A stretch of 64,000 nt of DNA from an uncultured Spirochaetota bacterium (GTDB lineage: Bacteria > Spirochaetota > Spirochaetia > SZUA-6 > Fen-1364): assembly GCA_963781885.1 (NCBI GenBank), contig CAWAHW010000007.1:320001-384000 (forward strand). Reading direction: 5' to 3'. Made by a program: the position numbers and the translations under genes. Positions 51,203 through 60,188 of the stretch are shown piece by piece; positions within the stretch are counted from its first letter, which is position 1; each line of letters begins with the position of its first letter. The notes beneath the pieces are model-generated. The model searched no databases. It had not been told where the DNA came from and saw only the letters and a program-made list of their open reading frames with translations.

Positions 51203-52402
51203 ATGCCATCAGTGGAGATACGCCCCGGCATCTTCTGGATCGGGCTGAACGACAGGACCACGGACCTGTTTGAGGGGATCTGGCCCGTGGCGGATGGGGG
51301 GGTGACCTACAACTCCTACGTCATCCGGGACCAGAAAAATGTCATCATCGACCTCACGAAGGCTTTCAAGGGCGACGAGTACTTCGAGCGGCTGGACGCC
51401 ATCGTTCCCCTGGCGGATATCGATTACATCGTCATCAACCACATGGAGCCCGACCACACCGGCGCCATCCGCGCCCTGTCGCGCATCCCGCGAAAGTGCA
51501 CGCTGCTGGCAACCGAAAAGGCGCGTGAGATGCTCGCCGCCTTCTACGGCATCACGGAGAACGTGCGCGCGGTCGCCGACGGCGAAGTGCTGGACCTGGG
51601 CGCGCGGAAGCTGCAATTCGTCCACGCCCCGTTCGTCCACTGGCCCGAGACGATGGTCACGTACGACGTCACGGACCGCATCCTCTTTTCCTGCGACGCG
51701 TTCGGCGGCTACGGCGCTCTCCCCGGCACGATATTCGACGACCAGTGCACCGACCTCATCTACTACGAGCGGGAGGCTTTGCGGTACTACGTCAACATCG
51801 TCGCGAAGTTCAGCACACCGACGCTGGCGGCAATCGACAAGCTCGCCGGTGTGCCCATCGATGTCATCGCCCCGTCCCACGGCCTTGTCTGGCGCCGGGA
51901 CCCCCGCCGGATCGTCGAGTTGTACAGCCGGTGGGCAGGCCTTGCCAAGGGAGGCGGGGAGATCGGCGTCACGCTGCTCTACGGCTCGATGTACGGGAAC
52001 ACTGAAAAGATGATGAACGCCGTCGCCCAGGGCATATCGCGCGCCGGCGTCCCGGTTGAGATATTCGACGCGGCGCGCACGCACACAAGCTACATCCTGC
52101 CGTCGCTGTGGACGTATCGCGGCGTCATGGTCGGCGCGCCGACCTATGAGGGAACGCTCTTCCCGCCGGTTGCGCAGGCCATCGACATGGCGGCGCTGAA
52201 GCGGATCGTGAACAAGAAGACGGCGATATTCGGCAGCTACGGGTGGAGCAAGGGCGGCATCGCGGCATTCCAGAAGATGGTGGAGCCCCTGAAGTGGCAG
52301 GTGACCGACATGCTGGAGTTCCGCGGCAGTCCCACGGCGGACACGTTGAAAAAGGGTGAGGAGCTGGGCGAGCGATTCGCCGCGGCGGTCAAGACGCCAT
52401 AG
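51203..52402 (+). CDS. fprA: flavodiiron protein (A-type flavoprotein)
   Basis: TYNSY, NHMEPDH, HWPETM, SCDAFG, PSHG, SMYGNT, FGSYGW. Confidence 0.92.
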   Translation: MPSVEIRPGIFWIGLNDRTTDLFEGIWPVADGGVTYNSYVIRDQKNVIIDLTKAFKGDEYFERLDAIVPLADIDYIVINHMEPDHTGAIRALSRIPRKCTLLATEKAREMLAAFYGITENVRAVADGEVLDLGARKLQFVHAPFVHWPETMVTYDVTDRILFSCDAFGGYGALPGTIFDDQCTDLIYYEREALRYYVNIVAKFSTPTLAAIDKLAGVPIDVIAPSHGLVWRRDPRRIVELYSRWAGLAKGGGEIGVTLLYGSMYGNTEKMMNAVAQGISRAGVPVEIFDAARTHTSYILPSLWTYRGVMVGAPTYEGTLFPPVAQAIDMAALKRIVNKKTAIFGSYGWSKGGIAAFQKMVEPLKWQVTDMLEFRGSPTADTLKKGEELGERFAAAVKTP

Positions 52403-52466
52403 CCACGGAAGGCGAGGGCGAGCGAGTGCAAGGACGCACGGGAGCGAGCCCGTAGCCATGGAAGGC
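52402..52466 (+). repeat. cluster of three CANGGA-loop mini-hairpins
   Basis: GCCACGGAAGGC 52402, GTGCAAGGACGCAC 52426, GCCATGGAAGGC 52455. Confidence 0.6.
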
Positions 52467-52544
52467 ACCGCGCGGGCGACGCGCTGCCGATGTGCGAATT
52501 ATAGTCAGAAGCTGATTACGTGCCCCATTGCCGGGTGCCGGCCC

Positions 52545-53261
52545 TCAGTGACCGCCTGAGGCAGGCTTCTTCCTGTCGGCAAGTTTCTCCAGCCACGCCT
52601 GGATCCGCGGTCGCAGGAGAACGCCCGTGACGAAAAGGGCCAGCGCGGCGGCGGTGACAATGGCCAGCAGCACCCACCTGCTTGACGCCGCCGCGCTTCC
52701 GATGACGGAGCTGCCGATGATGCCGGGCAACCTTCCCAGCATCGACGCGCCGGCGAAGAACGGGAAGGCAAGCGGTGATATGCCCGCCACGTAGCAGAGG
52801 ATGTCCTTCGGGACGCCAGGAATGAGAAAGAGCAGGAAGAAGACGATCTTCGAGCTGCGCGACAGGAGCAGCCTTTCCACCTTTTCCAACTGGTCGCCGC
52901 GAACCACGGCAGCGACGAATGGCTTTCCAAGAATGCGCGCCAGGAAGAATGCCGCGGAAGAGCCGACGAAGATGCCAATGACCGACAGCAGCGTGCCCTG
53001 CCACGCCCCGAAGAGGTAGCCGCCGGCGATCTGCGCCACTTCCCCGGGGATGGCGAAGACAATGACCTGGACGGCCTGGATGGCGATGAATACCACCGGC
53101 GCCCAGGCTCCCCACCCGGCGATCCATGCGCGCAGATTCCTGACCGATGCGAAAACCTGCCAGATCTCGCGGCGCCAGATGACAGCCGGGACGATCAGCG
53201 CGGCGACGAGCAGGGGGAATCCAATCAGTGCGAGCGTCCTGCGGCGTTTTGTCGCGGCCAT
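52545..53261 (-). CDS. TVP38/TMEM64 (DedA/VTT) membrane protein
   Basis: QVIVFAIPGE...GGYLFG; LIPGVPKDILCYVAG. Confidence 0.88.
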   Translation of the reverse strand: MAATKRRRTLALIGFPLLVAALIVPAVIWRREIWQVFASVRNLRAWIAGWGAWAPVVFIAIQAVQVIVFAIPGEVAQIAGGYLFGAWQGTLLSVIGIFVGSSAAFFLARILGKPFVAAVVRGDQLEKVERLLLSRSSKIVFFLLFLIPGVPKDILCYVAGISPLAFPFFAGASMLGRLPGIIGSSVIGSAAASSRWVLLAIVTAAALALFVTGVLLRPRIQAWLEKLADRKKPASGGH

Positions 53262-53401
53262 CGCGTGGCAGTATAGCGCGGCGGGAGCAGTCACGCCACG
53301 GGAGTCTAGGGCCTCCTCCCGGCCATCCATGGCGTGAAGAGCCGGGGCCTGTCGGCCCCGGTGGTTTGACCCATCCCTGTTTCTGCGCTACAATGAAAGC
53401 C

Positions 53402-53928
53402 ATGAAATCCCCGCGCAAGACCGCGAAGCACGTCACGACAAAATACAAGGTGGCACAAGAAATCGTCTATCCTCTCCAGGGCGTCGGGCACATCCGTGCC
53501 ATCGAGGAAAAGCCCTTCCGCGACAAGAAGCTTCTCTATTACATCATCTACCTGGAAGTCTCCGACATGACGATCATGGTCCCCGTGGACAAGGCGGACG
53601 AGCTGGGCATCCGCGCGATCGTCGGCAAGAAGGAATCGCAGAAGGCGCTGCGCCTGATCGCTGAAGAGTTCGAGCCCATCCCCGCCGACTGGAAGCTCCG
53701 CTACCAGATGAATCTCGACCTGTTGAAGAAGGGCAGCATCCTGGACATCGCCAATGTCGTGCGCGCCCTCTACCACCGCAGCAGGATCAAAGAGCTTCCC
53801 ATCCTCGAGCGCAAGCTCTACGACAGCGCCCTGAAGCTCCTCATCGACGAGATCTCCTTTCTCTAGAGAAGAGCAAGGACGACGTCGAGGAGCTCGTGTT
53901 CTCCAAGCTGAAGATAAATGCAAAGTGA
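53402..53928 (+). CDS. carD: CarD family transcription regulator (probable missing T near 53860)
   Basis: VYPLQGVG, WKLRY; adding one T gives ISFSLEKSKDDVEELVFSKLKINAK*; TTGACC-17-TACAAT upstream. Confidence 0.85.
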
Positions 53929-54602
53929 CAAGGCGCGCCGCGATTCCCTGGGCCGGGACATTCTCGGCCATGGAACGAAGGCTCGCTGAGAGCGCCGGCG
54001 GCCGCTCCCTTCCCTCCGTCTCCGAGGTCGCGCGGAACAACCACGATCCCTGGCGCGTCCTCGTCTCGACGATGATTTCCCTGCGCACCAAGGATGACGT
54101 CACGCTCCGCGCGGCACGGGCCCTCCTGCGCCGCGCCCCCACGCCGCGGGCGCTCGCAGCGCTGCCCGAAGCGACGATCGCGTCGACCATCTACCCCGCG
54201 GGCTTCTATCGTACAAAGGCGAAAAACCTTCGCGCGGCCGCCCGGCTTCTCCTCGACGCCCACGCCGGCAAGGTGCCTTCTGAGATGGGGGAGCTCCTTG
54301 CCCTGCCCGGCGTGGGCAGGAAGACGGCGAATCTCGTGCGCAACCTGGGTTTCGGTCTGCCGGGGATCTGCGTCGACACCCACGTCCACCGGATCTCCAA
54401 CCGCCTGGGCTGGGTCTCCACCCGGACGCCCGAGCAGACGGAAATGGCGCTGAGGGAGATCCTTCCGCGCCGGTACTGGATCGGCATCAACGAGCTTTTC
54501 GTGCGCTATGGGCAGGAGGTGTGCGCGCCGCTGTCGCCCCGGTGCAGCACGTGCCCCGTGGTGAAGCGCTGCGCGCGCGTCGGGGTCAGGAGGTCGCGAT
54601 GA
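53925..54602 (+). CDS. nth: endonuclease III
   Basis: LPGVGRKTAN, VDTHVHR, C-x6-C-x2-C-x5-C. Confidence 0.93.
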   Translation: MTRRAAIPWAGTFSAMERRLAESAGGRSLPSVSEVARNNHDPWRVLVSTMISLRTKDDVTLRAARALLRRAPTPRALAALPEATIASTIYPAGFYRTKAKNLRAAARLLLDAHAGKVPSEMGELLALPGVGRKTANLVRNLGFGLPGICVDTHVHRISNRLGWVSTRTPEQTEMALREILPRRYWIGINELFVRYGQEVCAPLSPRCSTCPVVKRCARVGVRRSR

Positions 54603-54973
54603 AGGTCACGGCGGGCATACTGGAAGAGAACGGACGGGTCCTGATCGCACGGCGACGGCCGGGGAAGCACATGGCGGGCAAATGGGAGTTTCCCGGCGGC
54701 AAGATCGAGCCGGGGGAGTCGCCGGAGGAGTCGCTTGCCCGCGAGCTGGCGGAAGAGCTCGACGTGCGCGCACGCGTCGGGAGCTTCCTCTGCCGCGCCT
54801 TTTTCGACGGCGAAGGGGTGAGTCTCGAGCTTCTGGTCTATCGCGTGGACGGTTTCGACGGCGAGCCCGTGCTGCGCGAGCACGAGGAGATACGCTGGGT
54901 GCTGCCGGGGGAGCTGCGGAGCTACGATCTTGCCGATTCGGATCGGCGGGTCGTCGAAGAGCTGTACGGGTGA
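54599..54973 (+). CDS. MutT-like NUDIX hydrolase
   Basis: WEFPGGKIEPGESPEESLARELAEEL. Confidence 0.92.
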   Translation: MKVTAGILEENGRVLIARRRPGKHMAGKWEFPGGKIEPGESPEESLARELAEELDVRARVGSFLCRAFFDGEGVSLELLVYRVDGFDGEPVLREHEEIRWVLPGELRSYDLADSDRRVVEELYG

Positions 54974-54975
54974 GA

Positions 54976-55000
54976 TCGGGGAGGCGGGAAGCCTCCCCGA
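54976..55000. terminator. hairpin between convergent mutT and HU genes
   Basis: TCGGGGAGGC-GGGAA-GCCTCCCCGA; weak U tract. Confidence 0.5.
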
Positions 55001-55006
55001 AGAATC

Positions 55007-55363
55007 TTACTTCTTAACCTTCGCCTTCAGCGCCGCTTCCTTGAAAGTCTTGCTGAACGTGAATCGCGGCACCTTGGTGGCCGGCTTCGCGGGGATGGTG
55101 ATCTCCTGCCCGGTGAGCGGGTTGCGTCCCGGGTGCGCCGCGCGCGCGGGCCGCAGCCTGATGAACATCTTGCCGATCTTGCCCAGGGCCACGCGCTCGC
55201 CGCGCATGACGCCGGTCCCGACGATCTCATAGAGATCCTCGAGGACCTGCTTGATGTCCTTGCGCGACACGCCGTTCTTCTCCGCCAGGTAGCCGATGAT
55301 CGATGTACCGGTAAGCTTCTCCGGTGCCTTGACCGCAGTCTTTTTCGCTGGTGTCGTTGCCAC
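55007..55363 (-). CDS. HU family DNA-binding protein
   Basis: GRNPLTGQEITIPAK; GTG start after GGAGGG. Confidence 0.9.
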   Translation of the reverse strand: MATTPAKKTAVKAPEKLTGTSIIGYLAEKNGVSRKDIKQVLEDLYEIVGTGVMRGERVALGKIGKMFIRLRPARAAHPGRNPLTGQEITIPAKPATKVPRFTFSKTFKEAALKAKVKK

Positions 55364-55510
55364 TTCTCTTCCCCTCCCATCGGAGTACTCTCGTGCGACC
55401 CACGGCCGCATTGATCCCGCAAGGATATAGCGGCGGCGCATAATTGTAAATAGGGGCACCGGGTTGACACTCACCCCAACCTGCCGATACATTAAATGGG
55501 CTAGAATGAA

Positions 55511-56023
55511 ATGAGCATACATCACTGTTTTGAACGCGGCTCGGTGGTGGCCGATCTTCACGGCACCGACAAGTACGAAGCCCTCCGGCAGTTGATCCAC
55601 CAGGCGCCCGTCTTCAAGGAAATCAGCTCCATCGATTCGTTCGAAAAGGCCGTGGTCGAACGGGAGAAGCTGCAGAGCACCGGCCTCGGCCATGAGGTCG
55701 CCGTCGCGCACGGGCGCGCGTCGGGCGTGAAACGCGTGCTGATCGCACTCGGGGTGTCGCGGGAGGGCATCGCCTACGAATCCCCCGACGGCATGCCCGT
55801 GCGGCTTCTCTTCCTGATTGCCTCGCCGCCGCACGTCTCCCTGGATTACCTCCAGGCGCTCTCGACGCTCGTGCGATGCCTGCGCCATTCGCAGGTGAGA
55901 AACGACCTTCTGGCCGGCAACGACCCGGCGGAAATCGAGTCGCGTCTCCGCGCCGCTTTTGTCTCCGGTCTCTCGCCGGCAGATCCCCTTGCAGGGCGCG
56001 AGCCCTGCTCCGCGACCGGCTAG
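55511..56023 (+). CDS. PTS EIIA (fructose/Ntr-type) protein
   Basis: REKLQSTGLGHEVAVAHG, DGMPVRLLF. Confidence 0.85.
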   Translation: MSIHHCFERGSVVADLHGTDKYEALRQLIHQAPVFKEISSIDSFEKAVVEREKLQSTGLGHEVAVAHGRASGVKRVLIALGVSREGIAYESPDGMPVRLLFLIASPPHVSLDYLQALSTLVRCLRHSQVRNDLLAGNDPAEIESRLRAAFVSGLSPADPLAGREPCSATG

Positions 56024-56030
56024 TCCCGCC

Positions 56031-56792
56031 ATGCTGCTCGTCCCGGCGATCGATCTTCGCGCGGGCCGCTGCGTCCGTCTCCTCCAGGGAAGCTTCAGCG
56101 AGACAACCCGCTACTCCGCGGATCCCGTCGCCACGGCGCAGGGCTTCGAGCAGTGCGGCGCGCGGTGGATACACGTCGTCGACCTGGACGCCGCGGAAGG
56201 AAAGGGCGCGGACAACCTGCGCGTCATCGCGCGCATCCGCGGCGCCGTGCGGTGCGCCGTGCAGACCGGCGGCGGCGTCCGCTCGGCGGAGCAGGCGGCG
56301 AGGCTCATCGGGCTTGGCATCAACCGTGTCGTCGTGGGAACGACGCTCATCCGCTCGCCCGCGCTCGTCGCGGAGTGGACCGCGGCGCTGGGGCCGCGCT
56401 TCGCGGCGGGAGTGGACGCGCGCGACGGCCGCGTGCGCGTCGCCGGGTGGACGGAGGACGCCGACCGCGGCGACACGGACGTGGCGGCAGGCCTGGCCCC
56501 GCTGGGAATCAGGTGGCTCATCTACACGAACATCAGCAGGGACGGCACGCTGTCAGGTCCGGATACCGCGCGGACGGCTGCCGCGGCGCGGGCGGCGGGC
56601 CTGCCGACGATACTCTCCGGCGGCATCGGGTCCGAGGCGCACGTCGACGAGGTGGCGGAGCGGCGGGATCCCCTTGTCGTCGGGGTCATCCTGGGTCGGG
56701 CGCTCTACGAGTCGCGCATCGACCTGGCAAGGCTCTGCAGCCGTTATCCGCAGGCGGGGCTCACCGCGTGGGACTCCCCAGCATCGACATGA
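56031..56792 (+). CDS. hisA: ProFAR isomerase
   Basis: PAIDL..GRCVRL.QG, VVDLDAA, GGGVR, ISRDGTLSG, SGGIGS. Confidence 0.92.
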   Translation: MLLVPAIDLRAGRCVRLLQGSFSETTRYSADPVATAQGFEQCGARWIHVVDLDAAEGKGADNLRVIARIRGAVRCAVQTGGGVRSAEQAARLIGLGINRVVVGTTLIRSPALVAEWTAALGPRFAAGVDARDGRVRVAGWTEDADRGDTDVAAGLAPLGIRWLIYTNISRDGTLSGPDTARTAAAARAAGLPTILSGGIGSEAHVDEVAERRDPLVVGVILGRALYESRIDLARLCSRYPQAGLTAWDSPAST

Positions 56793-57276
56793 TCTTCTCC
56801 GCGATCTGCAGCGGCGTTTTTCCATCGGTCTCGATCGGCACTCCCAGCTCTTCGTAGATCGCCTGCCTCCCCTGATAAAGGGCGCGGACGGCTTCCTCAC
56901 CACGCGAGAGGAGGGGCCGTTCCGTCTTGCTGCCTGCCCTTTGCAGAGCATTCGCCAGCGAAACCCTCAGGTGGAAGACGATGGTCCCGTCACCGGCAAA
57001 GAAGCCACGGATCGATGGCAGCGTCGGCGCACCCCCTCCCGTGGCCACGACGACCCCCGCGCGCGGCGCAAGCTCCCCGATCACGCGCGTTTCCCATTCC
57101 CGGAATGCCGCTTCACCGCTGGTGCGGAAAATGTCGGCAATACGCGCGCCCGCCGCCGCCTCGACCATCGCATCCGTGTCCACGAGCTCCCACCCGAGAC
57201 GTTCCGCGACAATCCGTCCCACCGTGCTCTTTCCCGACCCCATGAAGCCGATGAGAACGATCTTCTTCGCCTTCAC
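56761..57276 (-). CDS. aroK: shikimate kinase
   Basis: GFMGSGKSTVG, DTD, GEAAFR, TGGG, RPLL. Confidence 0.92.
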   Translation of the reverse strand: MKAKKIVLIGFMGSGKSTVGRIVAERLGWELVDTDAMVEAAAGARIADIFRTSGEAAFREWETRVIGELAPRAGVVVATGGGAPTLPSIRGFFAGDGTIVFHLRVSLANALQRAGSKTERPLLSRGEEAVRALYQGRQAIYEELGVPIETDGKTPLQIAEKIMSMLGSPTR

Positions 57277-58112
57277 GCGCCGCCTTTACCACAGAGCCTG
57301 TCGATCACGGCGGAAAGCTCCGGCACGCCCCGCGCGTAGCGGATGATGGCCTCCAGGTAGCCCGCCGGCTCTCCCGTGTCCAGGCGCTCGCCCTGCATGC
57401 GATGGAAGACGACCCTTCCCTTGCGGGCCAGGGCGAGCACCGCAGGGAGGTGATAGAACTCGCCGGCGCCGTGGCGGCCCCATTCCTCCTCGAGCTGGTC
57501 GAGGAAGTCCGGCGCGTAGAGGTACCGGCCGATCGACACCTCGCGGCTGGGCTCCGTGCCCGGGCCGGGCTTCTCCACCATGTCCGTGACGTGCCTCCCG
57601 TCCTTTGCGATGGCGATCACCCCGTAGCGGCTCAGATTCGGAGGGTCGTGCTCGGTGGCAAGCACGGTGCAACCCGACTCCTCGTATGCCTGGACGAGCT
57701 GCCGCGCGAGCGGCGGCTCGCCGACGTGGATGTCGTCGGGGTAGGCGACGACGAATGGCTCTCGTCCGACGAAGGGTCGCGCGAGCATCAGAGCGTGGCC
57801 CGTTCCGCGCATCTCGGCCTGCCGCACGAAATGGAAGCTCGCGCGGGGCGGGGCGATCGCGCGGAGCTTCTTCTCGTCGCCGGACGCGGTGAAGACGGCC
57901 TCCAGCTCCCGTTCCCGGTCGAAATAGTCCTCCAGCGACTTCTTCCGCCGCGACGTGATGAAGAGGATCTCGGTGATGCCGGAAGCCACGAGCTCTTCCA
58001 CGATGAAATCGATGGAAGGCCGGGTGACCAGCGGCAGCATCTCCTTCGGGATCGTCTTGGTGACGGGAAGGAAGCGGGTCCCGTATCCCGCGGCAACGAT
58101 GACGCCCTTCAT
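57273..58112 (-). CDS. galU: UTP--glucose-1-phosphate uridylyltransferase
   Basis: AAGYGTRFLPVTKTIPKEMLP, VEKP. Confidence 0.9.
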   Translation of the reverse strand: MKGVIVAAGYGTRFLPVTKTIPKEMLPLVTRPSIDFIVEELVASGITEILFITSRRKKSLEDYFDRERELEAVFTASGDEKKLRAIAPPRASFHFVRQAEMRGTGHALMLARPFVGREPFVVAYPDDIHVGEPPLARQLVQAYEESGCTVLATEHDPPNLSRYGVIAIAKDGRHVTDMVEKPGPGTEPSREVSIGRYLYAPDFLDQLEEEWGRHGAGEFYHLPAVLALARKGRVVFHRMQGERLDTGEPAGYLEAIIRYARGVPELSAVIDRLCGKGGA

Positions 58113-58200
58113 GCCGGTGAGTATAGCCGAAACGGGCTTTTGTTGACGAGCGGAAGGGATTCAGATAGTGTGAGTGATCCGCGGAAGGGCCGGGGGGAAC

Positions 58201-59421
58201 ATGAAGATCTGGATCAAGCTTTTCATCGGGTCTCTGATCGGGCTTGCTGTCGGTTTTTTCATCCCCGTCCAGGCCCAGGGCTTCTTTGATTCGCTCACGA
58301 GCGTCCTCGTGGGGATAGGCCGCTACGCCCTCTTCCCCTTCATCTTTTTTTCGCTGGGCATCGGCACCTCCGAGCTGCGCCAGGAGAAGCGCCTGGGCCG
58401 GGTCTACCTGTCGCTGTTCAAGTACCTGGCGCTCGCCGCGGCGCTCCTCATCATCATCGGCACGCTGTCCGTGCTCGTCTTCCCGCCGGAGCGCATCCCC
58501 ATCACGGTGGAGTCGGACAAGTCCTTCACCGCCGTGAGCGTGCTCGACGGCCTGCGCTCCATTTTCCCCGGTAATCTCGGCAGCATCTTCTCGTCCGGCG
58601 GCGACTTCCTGCTGCCCGTGATGGTGCTCGCCTTCCTGCTGGGTCTCAACATGGATTTCGACCGGCAGCTCACGCGCCCCGTCGTGCAGATCTTCGACTC
58701 GATGTCGCGGATCTTCTACCACCTGAACTCCCTCATCGTCGAGCTGTTCGCCATTGCGATGATCGCCATCGCGGCCGCCCGCGTGTCCCACCTGACGCAC
58801 ACCGACCTGGGGATGTACAAGCAGATCATCATCATCGTCACCGTGGACGTCGTGGTCGTCACCTTCGGGGTCTTCCCCGGCGCCCTCTACCTCCTGGGGA
58901 TGCGGGAGAACCCCTACCGCTGGCTCTATGCATCGATCGGTCCGGCCATCGCGGGTCTTTTCACCGGCGACCAGTACATCTCACTGGGCGTCCTCACGAA
59001 GCATGGCAAGGAAAGCCTCGGCGTGCCGCGCATGGTGGGCTCCGCCGTCTACCCCGCCTTCGCTGTGCTCGGCCGCGCGGGAACGGCCATGGTGTCGAGC
59101 GTCGCCTTCATCCTGATCCTGCGCTCCTACTCCAGCCTCGAGATCACGTTCCTCCAGACCCTCTGGGTGATGTTCTTCTCCTTCATCGTCTCCTTCGTCC
59201 TGGGGGCGATGCCGGGCAACGGCGCCTTTTTTTCAATCTTCATGCTCTGCAGCATCTATGCAAAGGGACTGCAGGAGGGCTACCTCATCCTGAAAAACAT
59301 CGCTCCGCTCCTGGTGAGCTTTGGCGCCTTCATCGACGTGCTCTCCTCGGCGTTCGTCTCCCTTCTTATCGCGCGGGAGGAGAACGTCTGGACCGAGGTG
59401 GAGACGGAGAGCTTTATTTAG
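58201..59421 (+). CDS. dicarboxylate/amino acid:cation symporter family protein
   Basis: MKIWIK, multiple TM helices, IFPGN; TTGACG-17-TAGTGT upstream. Confidence 0.75.
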   Translation: MKIWIKLFIGSLIGLAVGFFIPVQAQGFFDSLTSVLVGIGRYALFPFIFFSLGIGTSELRQEKRLGRVYLSLFKYLALAAALLIIIGTLSVLVFPPERIPITVESDKSFTAVSVLDGLRSIFPGNLGSIFSSGGDFLLPVMVLAFLLGLNMDFDRQLTRPVVQIFDSMSRIFYHLNSLIVELFAIAMIAIAAARVSHLTHTDLGMYKQIIIIVTVDVVVVTFGVFPGALYLLGMRENPYRWLYASIGPAIAGLFTGDQYISLGVLTKHGKESLGVPRMVGSAVYPAFAVLGRAGTAMVSSVAFILILRSYSSLEITFLQTLWVMFFSFIVSFVLGAMPGNGAFFSIFMLCSIYAKGLQEGYLILKNIAPLLVSFGAFIDVLSSAFVSLLIAREENVWTEVETESFI

Positions 59422-60115
59422 AGGGGGCCGCCGGCTGGCCCAGGTGCACGGCAAAGCCGACCCCTGCGGACAGCATGAACTGGTCGAAGAAGGACTGGGA
59501 AAGCCCGTCCCAGAGGTGGAAAAGCGGGTAGAAGCCGCGCACGTTCAGCACGAGGTCCACCGGCGCGGTGAGTCTCCATCGGAAGAACAATCTCGTCTCA
59601 GGATAGAAGAACCTTCCCATGCCGTAGAAAAAGCCGGGGGCCGCGGCCTGGCCGGCCACGCTGTCCACGTTTGTGTTCGCGAGCTCGAAGGGAAACCGGA
59701 AGAGGAAGTCCAGCCCTATTGCACCACCAAGCGCGATGGCCTTGTTGAGGTCGAAGCTCAGCCCCGCCTGGGCGCTCAGAATGATGCCCACGGCGTAGAA
59801 GCTGGCGCCGAGCTCGTACGCGACAGGGATGACCGTGGCGTCGGCGCCGGTCCACTCGTAGTAGTCACCGTATATCTCGAGGCCCGGCTCGATAAAGAAG
59901 GGTCCCGCGATGCGCAGCGGGAGCGAGGCGCCGATCAGATACGTCAGGGAGGGGATGGGGCCGTCGGCGGCGTAGGCCGCGGGGGGCACGCTGCCGATCA
60001 GAAGAAAGCTCGCATTGGCATCCAGCTCGTCGACGGAGAGGGCCGGGAGGGGGAACGCGGCGGCGAGCAGCAGGAGGAAGGGGAGTGCACGGCGAATGCT
60101 CATGGCGGCCCTCAT
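59414..60115 (-). CDS. exported, aromatic-rich hypothetical protein (possible outer-membrane beta-barrel)
   Basis: Signal peptide, alternating aromatic strands. Confidence 0.65.
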   Translation of the reverse strand: MRAAMSIRRALPFLLLLAAAFPLPALSVDELDANASFLLIGSVPPAAYAADGPIPSLTYLIGASLPLRIAGPFFIEPGLEIYGDYYEWTGADATVIPVAYELGASFYAVGIILSAQAGLSFDLNKAIALGGAIGLDFLFRFPFELANTNVDSVAGQAAAPGFFYGMGRFFYPETRLFFRWRLTAPVDLVLNVRGFYPLFHLWDGLSQSFFDQFMLSAGVGFAVHLGQPAAPSK

Positions 60116-60188
60116 GAAAAAAAGTATAGCACGCTGGTCTGAAATCGTGGAAGGGCGGGGAACCCCATTCCCCCGGCAGACGTGACGG

